This document shows, one piece after another, positions 27,050-42,814 of a stretch of DNA of 64,000 nt. Both the position numbers and the translations under genes were made by a program. The first letter of the stretch is position 1; each line of letters starts with the position of its first letter. Source of the stretch: the human T2T-CHM13v2.0 reference genome, Homo sapiens; NCBI RefSeq assembly GCF_009914755.1, contig NC_060927.1. One strand, 5' to 3'. A model generated the notes under the pieces. That model was not told where the DNA came from. It saw only the letters and a list, made by a program, of their open reading frames with translations, and did not search any database.

Positions 27050-27830
27050 TTAGATTTTAGCATCTAAAATGCCAATCTGCAATCATCTTTATTAGTCATA
27101 TTTTGCCTGTTTTTATCCATCATTCCAATTTGTTGTAATCATTCCAGTCCCTGATATAATCCACATTTTAATCTCAGATATTGAAAAGTAATGGCAGACA
27201 AGACAGAGAGTCATGGACAGAATTTGACGTACCACTAGAGAAATCTGTTCTCATTTAGGTCCTTTGATTACAGTTAACAAAAACACATTCTAAGAAATCA
27301 AAAGAAAGCCAAGGAACCATGCCTGGGAACAACATAACCAGATAGAACCAAAATCAGGTACATCAGACAGTCTAGCCTAAGAGGCTGGCTCTGGAATAAA
27401 TAAGCTCTAATCATCATCTCTTTGTCTGTGTCACTCTGTTCAAGATTTGCAGAGCCCAGAGAAAGGTCTTCTTTGCTGAGCTCAGGTCTCATGACTGACT
27501 CCTGGCTGTACCAGGGCAGTAAGAAGAAGGATCTGGCCAATGAGATGCCTTAGCAGCTGTAATAGAAGGATTCCACCTGCACTTCCTGCCCCAGATGAAT
27601 TCAGGGCACTGTCACGAGAGGTCATGAGTACTCGGATGCCACAAAGTGCCAAAAATCCATTCTAACTTTTTCTCATTTGATAGTAATTCACTAATAAGCA
27701 CTTTCTGGTGATGGCCGTTCAGCCAGAAACAGATCCACCCAATTGTCCAGAAACATAGATCCACTAGTTCCACCAAAGATGTGTTGACAAATTGATACAA
27801 AGTCTTGTTGAAATACAAGTATATGAAACC
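27050..27830 (-). mobile_element. L3/CR1 LINE RT relic
   Basis: ORF 27612-27818 (YFNKTLYQF...TIGWICFWLNGHHQKVLISE) matches the CR1-type RT segment DFSKAFDKV...TVRWIxxWLNxRTQRVLING. Confidence 0.65.
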
Positions 27831-29104
27831 TATGGCATTCCTTGAATCTACTGGAACCTAACGTAACTTTCACATTGGCATTTAACCTGCCACACTAGTT
27901 ACGTAGTGATCCCAAGTTCTTCACTTAACTTCAGTACTCAAGTCTTCTCATTGACAGCAGTGAGATAATGGTTCTAATCTCACATTTTGGTGGGGGCTTT
28001 TATAAAGTACTATATAGCTTATTTGCTATCTATGTGCGAGTTACTATATAATGCCTACTGCCTCCTTATAAGCATAGAGACTGAATGGAAGTCCCTCAAT
28101 TCTGTTTAGGTTTTTTGAGGGCTAAGGAGTTAAAACTAAGGAGAATAAATCTGGAGGGAGAGTTGAGTTGCTCTGCAAAAGAGAAGAAATAGAAATGGAA
28201 GACCTTTAGCCATCTAGAGAAACCTGGAAGAGACAGGTGAGAAACAGGACTGTGGGAGAGGGCGAAACCCTCCGCAAAATGGCAGTTTCCTACTAGAATG
28301 GACAAATTACAGAACAAAGGCACACTCGAGGTAGCTGAACCCAAGTGGTATAGAAAGCCAACAGGACACACTGACTCATCTACTGGCATTCCCATTCTAG
28401 AAAGTAGCAGAAATCTTGGAGGTAAAGCTCTGTGGACCATGGAATTTGAGAGTTAAAGGCAAATTTACGTAGATCTCAAGGGGCAGGAAAAAACCCCACC
28501 TGAATTTTGGCCTATATACATTTGCATTCATATACAAGAAGCAATAGAATAGTGAACTTTTCAGTCCTTGGGTGATTTTTGCTGAAGCAGAAAAAGGGGA
28601 AAAAAAGTCTCTGTGTTCTGTTATTCCAACTTTGATCTTTTATTCATTCTCTGAGGGCATAAATGATTGTTTATCTATGTTTTCATTAGTAAAACCACTC
28701 TTGAGGATTTTTTGTTTGTAGTTGTTGTTGTTTCCTGCTGTGGATTTTAACACAGAGGCCTTTCGTTTTGAACCAAATGTATCAACAACGAGCATCCTAC
28801 AATTGCCATTTGCTAGATCCCTTTGTTTGTGGGCTCTTTTGCCTTATGTTCATGTAGGGTACAAAATTAATTACAAGCATGAATAGCTTGTGTCTGCTGT
28901 GTTGGAGAACCTGAGGTGATAATGGCTGCCACCTACCATACCCCAGAATGTGCCTACCCACAGCCTCTGCAGAACATGTAGCCCCAGGAGGATATGTTTT
29001 ATACCATGCAGCCTGGCCATTCTGGTCTCAGTCAGGGGTGCAAATCTAAAGCAAGAGCAGCCAAACCATAGCCTCTCCATGACCTCTGGAGTGGCCACAG
29101 GTAA

Positions 29105-29434
<330 letters not shown>

Positions 29435-30150
29435 TCAGATATTTGAAACAGGAAATGAGTAAGAGAAGACGATGACAGTGTACATCAAAGAAGGCCATGA
29501 AATACCTTTAGAAGCCATGAGGAATCACGAGCAAGCCAGAATTAGGAGAAAGCAAAGTCAATAGCAAGAGCAGAAGGAAGGTAACATAAGAAACTCGATA
29601 GCACTGTACTAACCTCAACCTGTTCCTGCCTCAGGTATGAGCACATCCAAGCCATTCCCTTTGCCTACCTTTTACATTATCTCTTTTTCCTCTTCCCATC
29701 TCCTCCCTTCTTTGCTTAAAGACAACAAGGCAGAAGAATTAGAGTGTTGCCATCAGAAGTCATGGAAATGCACCATTGCAATTCCCTTGTTTTTCCCTAT
29801 TTAAGCTGAGCTTTATGAAGGATACATTAACCACATTATCAGATGGAGACATAATGACAAGCCTGCTCTTCATCTTTTCAAAATGCCCAGATGGAAATAA
29901 TGTCTGAGAATGTAAAGTTTTCCCATCACAGCACTCTTCTCTCTTGTTGAATCTAATTGTAGCACTAGAAAAAGAGAGACTGACTCTTGCAAACCTCCCA
30001 GTGAAATGCCAACTGTAACACATCATTAGCTAAATAAGAAACAACAAGGTCAGCATGGTGTGCGAGAAATGGCAATGTTGTACTTGCTGTTGATTCAGAA
30101 CTGGCGGGTTTGTGAGGAAGGGAAAAATAAATGTGTATAGAGGTAATGTT

Positions 30151-30546
<396 letters not shown>

Positions 30547-33073
30547 TCAACCAGAGGAATTTATAGCAGCAAGTAACAGCCATACCACCATAAAACTGCA
30601 CAGAAGCTACTTTTAGACTTTGAGGATCAAACAGCTAGATTCAAAACACAGATAATAGAATAACAACTGCTGCTTAACAGGGAGTAGGAGATAAAAATAA
30701 TTTGCTACACTTTGCTAGATTCCACCCCATTCCTCTAACATAGCAATCCTGGGCAGTTAATTAGAGTATGTGTGGTCGCTGCAGATGAAGGGAAACTCTA
30801 TCAGCGATGGAAGAAACAGTAGACAGGAAATCCTGAGCCAGCCATTAAAATAGGAGTAAGATTTCAGAAGCCAGAGATGAGATACAATAGGAGGTGAACT
30901 GAGTTAGAGGAAACAACTCCTAGTGAAAGAAGGTCTCTTTGCCCTAAATCAGTAAAAGGGATCTACATTAAAAATTCGTATTTAATCGTTAACGTTTATT
31001 TTAAAATAAACTAATGGTTGTTGTTTCTTATTTAATTAAGAAATTAAAAGAATTTCTTGAAATTAACCTATTTTCTAAGTTCGATGTCAGCCATAATTAT
31101 TATAGACCAAGAGGCACACACAAACCCACTCCCTCCCCTAACCCATCTCTTAAACAAAAGATCACCCTCCAGTGACCCTTAAAAAGAGTTTGAGAACTAT
31201 AAAGTCACAAGAATAAAACCTTAACACTGACAGGATATAAGCTGGCTACAGATGACATTTCCAACCCCCTCTCCTTGTCAGTACAAAAGATGCATTGGAT
31301 GTGGGGGACAGATTTGTTGAGATACTCATGGACTTGCATGTGTGGCACTTTATGAAAAAATAAAAAGGAATCAGACTTCCCATTTAAATTCTCTCACCTC
31401 TACCCCTTCCTTACATTTTTTCCTTGCCCCCCAACTCTCACAGGAACAGAGTAACATGGGATAAAGAGGATGAGAGTACAGAAAGCAAATGATAAAAATA
31501 TGTGCTCTTGAGTCATTGGAAGATTCTGATCCAAAGTAATGGGTGATTATTACTCCTTGAAGCCACAGTCAAAAGCAAATTTAAAATATTCCCTCCTTTT
31601 CTCCTGAAGTCTTTTTCTCCAATCTGGCAACTGGCAATGCACTAAAGGAATGTTTTCATCAATGTGTCCAAATATGTTATTCAAAGTAAGATTTTATATG
31701 AGATAGCCTCAGGGAACTTTCTGGAAGAAAAAGGCAGCCCCAAAATTGGATGCACAAATTGCTTTAAGGTTTTAAGATTTGGCGAAATATATTGTGCCTT
31801 CATTGTACCCCAAGCCAGAAATGGAAAAAAGAAAAAAGAATCAATACAAAGAATGACTTTCCAGGCAGTGCAAAGGGATTCAGTGTTTCCACAGGTTTGC
31901 AAGAATGCAACAAGCAAGAAAGGCAGTGTCCCCAAAACAAAGTGACCAGTCCTCTGAGCTTCTAGCTGGCAAGTTGCCCAGCAGAGATAATAGGATGTTA
32001 TTGAATTTTCAGGCATCTCGGTCAGTGATGGAGGTGGAGGGGTGTTGCAAAAGGATAATGGAAGGAGCAGGGATTGGGAAAGCAAGGATGGAGGGGCAGG
32101 TAAATTCTGGAAGTGGAAAATTATTTTTCAAGCATAGAAAAACTTAAAAAAATACTACTGCACTACTGTGGAAGTCATGTACTAAAAGTGTCCTTATAAG
32201 AGGAGATGTGAAGGGTGGTACATGGGTCATAAAATAAACTTTGTGGCCAGGACCCTCTGACCACTAAAACCATAGATGCTTAAACAGAAAAATCCAATCA
32301 AGCAGAAGGATGGTATTCTCCAAGTAATAAGCCACTTCAGTGAGTATTCATGCTCTAATCCCAGGCCCAGATTCATAATAAGGGCAAAAATGTAAGCACA
32401 CACACACGCACACACACACGTGCATGCACACCCCCACACACATACACATGGCTAGGGGCAGAGCATCCCAAGGCCCAAGTGTAGGAGGAGGCAATGGGAA
32501 AACACATTCACTCATTCAGTAGGAAAACTCATCCTTTTTTAATTGCTTTGCATTTGTTTTTCATCTTCTCTCGCATTTCTTCTGATGGTGATTATGATTG
32601 TATTTTGAAATCATGATCCACCGCTGCAGCACTGTAATTACATAAATATGGCATTATAAATGAAGGTTAGCACCAGAAATAGCAAAGCAGAGAGGGGTGC
32701 AATTTGTCTTTGTGGATGTAAGTGTATGTGTATATGTTTATAAATACCTCTCATTTATATGGCATTTGGAAATAATCTGCTAGTGCAAGCAAGGGGGTCT
32801 TAGGAAATAGAACAAAATCCTCAATCCCATTTTCAGCTGAAGAATACAACGGTAAGAAAAGGCACGTTCTTCCAGTCATGATAAATGGAGATTGTTAAGT
32901 AAGAGTTAGGCTTAAACTGAGCTCAGATTTCTCAACTGGCCTGGGCACCACTGGTTCTTCTTGTGGACAGGAATCAGTCTGTGTCAGTACAGCTTATCAA
33001 CAGTGCTCTTCAGCAACCCTAGGACCTCAGAGAGTATCTCTTAACCTCCTATATTTCCTTCCGAACAGGAGAA

Positions 33074-33075
<2 letters not shown>

Positions 33076-33127
<52 letters not shown>
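33076..33127. repeat. (TC)26 microsatellite
   Basis: Read directly. Confidence 0.97.
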
Positions 33128-33132
<5 letters not shown>

Positions 33133-33240
33133 CACTCACTTTTGCCTGCAGCACACCACCCAGTATCTTCAACCAATCAATAACTCAGTTCCTTTCACTC
33201 TCAGGGAAAAGGAAAATTCTGAAGTGTGTACCACACAGGG

Positions 33241-33795
33241 TGTGTGGTAGTTCTAAAACATGTTAACAAATTATTCAAACCTTCTCTCTTCAAGAGATAG
33301 AGACTGAGTTTTCTTCCCTTGAATGTGGGCTATACTAAGTGACTCACTTTGAATGACCAGAAGATGATAGTGATGCTATGTCATCATAGCATCACTTATG
33401 ACCAAACCTAAGTCATAAGAAGGCGACTTCTCTTTGGCATCACTTCTACTGGGAAAAGCCAGCTTCCATGTCATGGGAACACTCTAGCAACTTGTGGAGA
33501 AGTTGATGCAGATAGGAACGTAGGTCCTGCCAACAACCATCACCAGTTCACAAGCTACATGGCTGAGCCACCTTGGAAATAGATGATCCAACCCCACTCA
33601 TCCCTTTAGATTATTGCAGCTTTGACTAATGTCTTGGCTATATATAATTTCATGTGAGATCAGTCCTGAGCCAGTACCGCCTGGACAAGCCGCTCCAAAT
33701 TCCAGATGTAAAAAAATATGAATGCAGTAAATACTTGTTATTTTAAACCACGAAATTTTGGGTCAACTTGTTACATAGCGGTAGATAACAATACA
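33241..33795 (+). mobile_element. MaLR solo LTR (MLT1F/G-like)
   Basis: 'ttcccttgaatgtgggc...gtgactcacttt...ttgttacatagcggtagataacaataca'. Confidence 0.75.
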
Positions 33796-34719
33796 GCATC
33801 CTCATGGTATTGACCCCCAGTTACCCATAGCTCTCACTTGCTCATCAATTACCTCACTATGCTTCCTTGGATCACATCCAAAATAAAGAAACTTCACTCA
33901 AAATTCTTGTCTCAGGGTTTGCATTAAGAGTCTAAAACATGCCATATAAGATAGATATTATTCTCACTTTAGGGATTTAAAAAAGTAATATGCGTAGGTT
34001 ACAGCTATATAGCAAATAATAGCAAAACCAGATTTTCTGAATCCTAATCCACTGCTTCCTGATTCATTATAGCTGCATCTCCCTGCCACTCATACCCCCA
34101 TTCTTTGCCATTTTAAGCAACCTCTTTTCTCTCTCCAAGAACAAATCAGTTAATTTGCTCACTCGCTGCGGGCCTAGACACTCATCTTAATCTCAAAATT
34201 TAAAAACCAGTCTCAGTGAATTCAATAACCAAAGCAGGAACTTTTAGTCACTGAAGCCTAAATGTATTTGTTTTTCCTAATGATACCTGTACACAACAAG
34301 GAGGAACAATTAGCAAATCAATAAATTATTCGTTTGTTGATGTTAATGCAAAGACTATATGTGGCTCTACCTTGTTTTATGTCTAGACTACAGGTGGTGG
34401 CCTGAAACTGCTGACCAAAGAAATGACCATGCTGTGTGGGCAAGAAATGGTGAAGATAAAGCCCATATGTGCTGTACTTTCTGTTTGGATCAAATAAAAT
34501 GTACAGCCAACTCATCTGTCAGATATTTAATCATAATCATTATTGTGTTATGTGGTAATTAGGCATAAATGGGACATAAATGACTCTTGCTAGAAGTACT
34601 TTATATATCAAAAAATTTTTGTGTTTCCAAATATCCATCTCTTTGATAATTTTCAAGTATCTGTCTCTACTTACTGTCACTGTAGTTGGTTTCCCCTGAG
34701 TCAGACCGGTAAAGAAGAA

Positions 34720-34910
34720 TACATATGGGCTTTGGAATCAAACAAATCACTCACACTGTGTGATCTTGATCAAACCACATGACATCTCTAGGCCTCTTGT
34801 GTAAAATTGAAATGAGTGCCTCTCCAGCAGGGTCACTATAAGAATCAAATGAGAAACTGAAATGCAGTAGCTAACACTGCGTTAGTACGTAGTAGGTGCT
34901 CAGTAAAGAT
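34720..34910 (+). mobile_element. MIR SINE
   Basis: 'gggctttggaatca...ctgtgtgatcttg...gtagtaggtgctcagtaaa'. Confidence 0.65.
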
Positions 34911-35569
34911 CTTGTTCCTGTCTTTTATATCAACATTACTTTCACATGCCTTAATGAGAGGTTCTTGATACTCTCTCCATGAGTTTTTTTTTGTATGCCC
35001 TGTATCCCTCCCCTGAGAGCAACTGCTTTCATTCTCCAAATCACTGTCTCATGCTAAAATCTTAAATTTATCCATGCTTTCAAAAATATACCTCTTATCA
35101 GCTGAAGAAAAATTTATACAAAACTTTTTTGTATATAACATGAAAGATGGCTTTGGGTCCACAAGTAGAAATAAACAGATTTCAAATGCATCTAGGAATA
35201 GGCATGTCAACACTTTGGCATGAATGAGTTCTAGTTACGGGCAATTTCTCTTTCCATTTGATTTGGTTATGGCTGGTGAGTAAGCTGGAAGAGACTGGTC
35301 ATCTGAAAAAGCTAAAGAAGAAAATGGGGCTATGACTTGCAGTTGTGTTCATCCAATAGGAGGCTGGTCATATTTTGGAATAATTTGGCAAACATGTACA
35401 GATAGGAAATGTACTCAAAAATATTTCATGTCCTTGGGGCTGTGTGCTCTTTGGGGCCTTGCAGGCACTATGAAGATGAAGAGTTTGCCTCTTTCCTCTA
35501 GAAGAGATTTGTAAAAGCAGTGTTCACTGATAGACACAACAGCTCATAACAACAGCAGCAACAGGGTCA

Positions 35570-35800
35570 ACTTCCACTTATTAAGGGCATAACATTTATT
35601 TGCATACCAAGGTTAACAAATCACTTTTACTTCTTTTCCATTTGGTCGTCCTGCAGCCCAAGTGAGTACTATTTTTAATTCCATTTTACAGATAAACAAG
35701 CTGAGACCAAGAGAGGTTAGACATAATGCCCCACAAGCCCTCAAATAGCAGGCAAAAGAATGAGGTCTGGATTCTCAATTCCACATTCTTTTCTCTTACC
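35570..35800 (-). mobile_element. MIR SINE
   Basis: 'ccattttacagataaacaagctgagaccaagagaggtta'. Confidence 0.65.
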
Positions 35801-36430
35801 ACACTCCCCTATTAATAAATAGCTTGTTTGTCTGAAGGATAAATGGAAGCTAATTTATAAATTCTCCAGCTAGCTTTTCTTGCCCCATATTGGTGTTTAG
35901 AGCCACAAAACCACACATCCACATTACATAGAGTGGTGTAGAAATAATTTTTAAATAATCACATTATTAGTCTTTGAGAAGAAAAACCTGCCATGAATAA
36001 AGAGATGATTTCACAGGGTCCAGGGTAATTGCAAGCAGCTGTGGACTTAACCATGGTAGATAATCCAGAGATAAAAGGTGCATTCTTTTGAGCAGTTGAG
36101 GCAGCCAACTTCTTTCATCAGTGCCTGTAACTTCTGCAGAAGGAAACATTCAGATCTCACCACAAAAGAGCAGACCTTCACTGGGTCATCTGTGACACAA
36201 ACTGACAGTCAGGTTTTTATCAACTTCTCACCACAACATGGAGACTTTTAACCACAGATGTCCGATTCACATATAAAGCTCTCAACCCCACCAGACAAGA
36301 ACCACTTTCAAATGTAATAAATAAAAGAATCACTTTCAAAATAAGAAAGTGAGGCATGGAGTACAACAAATACAAATTGAGCCAGGCACTATGCCAGGAG
36401 GGGGTCCCTGCCCTGAAGGGGAAGATAGGG

Positions 36431-36800
36431 CCATGGTTCTTAAGCCTGGATGTTTAATAGTGTCCCCTCAGGGCTTATTAATATCCCAACACCTAGGTCT
36501 CAATTTATTGATAATTGATTTTTCTCAAATAATTCAGAAACTCTGGGAGTAGGACCAGACATTAATATTTTTTACGTGTTTCCATTGCGCAGCCCTGCAG
36601 TTGAGAAACACAATTATAGTGGAATCCAAAGTGTTACGAATGTATTTGGTAGGATCACTTGAGACCCTGGTTGAAAATGCAGATGCATGGGCCCTGAACT
36701 ATAGCTCCTGAATCAGAATTTCTAGAAAAATGAGTTGGGAATACACTATATTTTGAAGAAGAGCCCAAAGATTGTTATGACTAGAGAAGTTAGGCAAAAC
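36431..36800. mobile_element. Two adjacent MER5-family (hAT-Charlie) fossils
   Basis: 'tggttcttaagcctgg...gttgagaaacac' and 'aaaatgcagatgcatgggccct...ctgaatcagaatttct'. Confidence 0.55.
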
Positions 36801-36819
36801 CTGACATTGTCTTCAAAAA

Positions 36820-38118
<1,299 letters not shown>

Positions 38119-38399
38119 ATTGAAAGAAAATCTCTTTATGTTAAAAATCTGATACTGTCTAACACTTCAACAGTTTCCCTTGTCCTGTCTGTCTTTTTTG
38201 CAGCCCAAAGAGCAAAGAACTTGGGGTTTCCCAGTTTTCTATTCTGCAATAATAAAACAAAACAAAAAACGGGTAAGCCAAAATAAAAACCATTTTTCCA
38301 ACTGCTTTCTAAGGAAGAACTTTCTCAATTATAGAAAGTTCAGACATGACTATAAATCTAGACAAGCCGATACATAGATTGCTCTGATTAAGAGAGGAG

Positions 38400-38569
38400 A
38401 GCTTTAAAAGTGTGCGGGATGGGAAGTCCTTGGATACTAAGGAAAAGAGGTGCCAGGAGCCTGGGCCTCATGTGGGGTCAGGAGTGAGAAGGGTGCCCCA
38501 GGCCATTTGTGGGGACCAGGACACTTGGGGGATGACATACTCATTGGGAAGAAGTAACACTGCACTGGA
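38400..38569 (+). repeat. Dispersed direct repeat, copy 1 (170 bp)
   Basis: Ungapped alignment to 41891-42060 with 17 mismatches in 170 bp (manual count). Confidence 0.95.
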
Positions 38570-38739
38570 TGTCATGGAATGTGGGATGAAGGCCTCCTGC
38601 ACTGCTCCTATACTGTCCTTAATAAAATTTACTTGCTCACTCATCTTTCAGCATGTCAGAACCTTTCTGTGAAAAGTGAAGAACTGCACCACACACTGGA
38701 AGGCACGGGGCTCAGGCAGATGCCCAGCCTAGCCCAGCA

Positions 38740-39235
38740 AACAGCACTGCTGCTATTCCCATCCGCCACCATATTCTCCAGAGCCCGCCCCTGACCCAGG
38801 TCTGTCCTCTGCCTTTCTCCCCTCTGCTCTGTAACCCATATGGCCACAGAAGTCTCCTTGCTCTCTGGCTTCTGACAGGGGCCAACTAATGTGAACTACT
38901 AGAAGGAAATGTGAGGACAGGAGAAGGGAGTGAGGCCAGGATATTCTTCAACGAAACCCTCCCTCCTTCTGCACCACAGTTCTGAAAGTGGCTGTATCTT
39001 CCTGTGAAAGATGGGCAGCCCCTCTTCTATGGCTCCATTTCTCATGGGGCTCCCATAACACTGCCTGCTGCCCTTGTCTCTTCAGGTCTAGGGACAGTCT
39101 AGGCTCCTCCAATGCTAGTCTCTGGGGGTCTCAGCATCCCTTGGGTCCCCTGAACCCTATGCACACCTCTTACAGTATCATTTTAAAATTATCTGCTGTT
39201 TCAGTGGAATTCAACTTCCTTCTGGGACCCTGAAA
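38740..39235 (+). mobile_element. Old ERVL-type solo LTR (LTR33/LTR41-like)
   Basis: 'cccttgtctcttcaggtctaggg...cttccttctgggaccctga'; reverse-strand relative near 47190-47677. Confidence 0.5.
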
Positions 39236-39574
39236 CCTTCTTGTTTGTGGGGGACAAAAAGGAAAGAATTCAATTGAGAAGAATGTAAACTAGCCAAGCT
39301 TACCATGAGTTCTTAAGAGACGGTTGCACCCAAGCATGGTCATGATCAGCACCCGTCACTAACACAAGTGCAATAATAGGAACACTTGAATTACATAATC
39401 CCCTGCCCAGAAAGAGTCCAAGATACTGCTTGTGTTGGGATTTCCTGTGCTTAAAACACAGAGACAAAAGCAAAAACATCCACACTGCTTGATTGAGATA
39501 CCAGTGTCCCCCAAGTCTTATAAGACCTTTCAGAGAAGCTCCTGGCAGGGCCACATGTTGGCAATGCTTTATTT

Positions 39575-40084
39575 CAGTGGTCCCCAAACTTTCTGGTACC
39601 AGGGACTGGTTTCATGGAAGACAATTTTTCCACGGATTGGGTAGTGGACGGCGATGGTTTCAGGATGATTGAAGTGCTTTACATTTATTGTGCGTTTTGT
39701 TTCTATTATTATTACGTTGTAATATTTAATGAAATAATTATACAACTCACTGTAATGTACAATCAGTGAGAGCCCTGAGCTTGTTTTCCTGCAGTTAGGC
39801 AGTCTCATCTGGGGGTGATGGGAGACAGTGACAGATCATCAGGTATTAGATTCTCATAAAGAGTGTGCAACCTAGATCCCTCGCATGCACAGTGCACAAC
39901 AGGGTTTGAGCTCCGATGAGAATCTAATGCTGCCCTTGATCTGACAGGAGGTGAAGCTCAGGCGGTTATGGGAGCAATTGGGTGTGGCTGTAAATATAGA
40001 TGAAGCTTCACTGGCTGGCTGCTCACCTCCTGCTGTGTAGCCCCAGTTCCTAATAATTCGTGGCCCAGGAGTTGGGGCCCCCTG
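39575..40084 (+). mobile_element. MER1A (hAT-Charlie)
   Basis: TIRs cagtggtccccaa / ttggggcccccctg-like; ~510 bp; 8-bp TSD ctttattt/ctctattt. Confidence 0.9.
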
Positions 40085-40582
40085 CTCTATTTGACTCTTG
40101 GGGGGTGGGGAGGAGAAATCCCCTGGAGATACTAGAAGGACAGAAGGAGAGGGTAAATGAGCAAATAGTGAGAGGAAGGCAGCTAAGTTCTAGGCAATCA
40201 CAGTGGGAAAGTTGAACACTTTTAATCACAGACTTCTTGCCAGAAACTGTTATTTAAACTTCTGAGCTTTCAGGCTGAACTTGGAAATGACCATATTATC
40301 AGGGATAAGTTCTCAGCAATGTCATGGAGAAATCTGTTCAAAAGGTCTTTTCAGGGCCCTGCAGGGTTGCAAGTGTCTCTGAACAACTAGCAGGAGGAAA
40401 ACAATAACCAATTCCCATTTCCCCACTCCCAGCCCATCGCTCAGACTCAGAGACCTCTGTTTTCTCAAGCCCTATCAAGGATTAGAGAGGTCCAGAGAAG
40501 GACAAGAAAATATCCAGGGGTTTCCAGTAGGAGAAAAGGCAATTTCAGAACATTCAGGGAAGGAGATTGTTTGAGCTAAAGA

Positions 40583-40602
40583 AAAAAAAATAAAATAAAA
40601 AA

Positions 40603-40637
<35 letters not shown>

Positions 40638-40639
40638 AT
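40583..40639. repeat. A-rich (AAAT)n microsatellite
   Basis: Read directly. Confidence 0.92.
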
Positions 40640-41169
40640 GAAATTGAGAAATGTAACCAAAGGGTGGGATAAAATCCAAATTGGTAGCCAGAAAGTAGGT
40701 GAGCTGTGGAAATGAACAGAATCATGATGCGTAAGTATTAAAATGGACCCAAAGTGGCATAGTCACTTTGTCTCTGAAAGCCACTCCACTACGTCCCATT
40801 TTAGGCAGAGAGGTTAAAAAGAAAGTCTGGGGGTGGCTCTGTGCTTTGGAATTAAAACAGCATCTGCGATATTATTAGCTGGGCCAAGATATGCAGAAGC
40901 TATCAATCTTTCTGCTTGGGGGAATAATTGATTGCCAAAGCGGCCCAGACAAGCTGCTTCTCCCTCCCTGAGGTCTGGCCCTGAGTTCAGCACAATTAAC
41001 TAAGTGCTTCTGTGCTGGAGAAGGCTGGGAGCACAGTTGGCTCCCTCTTAAGCATGAGGTGCTTAAGGAAGGAGAACTCGGCTTTATACCTGTCCCCAAC
41101 TGGGACGAACACCATCCACTGATATTTCTTGTGAGTGGAAACACTGAGGGGTGGGACTGGGCTCTTCTT

Positions 41170-41890
<721 letters not shown>

Positions 41891-41892
<2 letters not shown>

Positions 41893-42060
41893 CTTTAAAG
41901 GTGTGTGGGATGGGAATTCCTTGCATACTAAGGAAAAGAAGTGCCAGGAGCCTGGGCCTTGTGTGGGGTCAGGAGTGAGAAGGGTGCCCCAGGCCATTCT
42001 TGGGGCCCAGGATGCTTGGAGGGTAACACACTCATTGGAAAGAAGTAACACTGCACTGGA
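41891..42060 (+). repeat. Dispersed direct repeat, copy 2 (170 bp)
   Basis: See 38400-38569; offset 3491 bp. Confidence 0.95.
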
Positions 42061-42621
42061 AGTAAATTGTAATTTAAAATGACAATGACCCTCTCCCATC
42101 AGAGTGAGCTCTACATGAAAATACACATTCACCTTTTTTAATTTAACTGGGCTAGCAGCAAATCCCTCAAACTGCTGGCCTTGAAAGTCCTGAAATCTGG
42201 AATGAAGGGAAAGAATTATAGACAGACAGTAACTCCTTTCAGCTCCAAATCCATCCAAATTAATTGTTGTTCATCCCTCTTCCCTGCTGCCACACAGAAA
42301 CAGACTGCACCACTTCCCCCTCTTTTCCTTGGTTCTTCCTCATCCCATTAGCGTTCTCATATGGGGGTTTGGAATAGATGGCTACTGAGTCCATAGAGCT
42401 CACTAACTACGTTGTGAACAATCTAGGACTTTGGGATGGTTTTACTCAGTGACATGATCAGGTTTGTATTTCAGGACAATCACTCTGGCTTTAAGACAGA
42501 GACTATGACTCCAAGCCAACCACCATATACCATCTCAGGGCCAACATCCTTGTCCAAGTCACCACCCACTCTTGCCTGGGTTGTTGGAGTAGCTGGTTAA
42601 CTGGTTCATCTTGTCCTTTCC

Positions 42622-42806
42622 TGCTGGCCAATTCTAGCCTGCACCTGCTTTTGTATGGTCTGTGAGCTAAAATAACTTGTGGAAATTTGTTTTCCCTCTT
42701 GTTATATAAATACCTTCATAATTAGTACCTCGATTTTGCTTCCTGGCCCACAAAGCCTAAAATATTTACTATCTGACCCTTTATAGAAAAAGTTCGCTAA
42801 CCTCTG
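42622..42806. mobile_element. MER58-family hAT fossil
   Basis: 'tggcccacaaagcctaaaatatttactatctgaccctttatagaaaaagtt'. Confidence 0.75.
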
Positions 42807-42814
42807 CCATGGCA

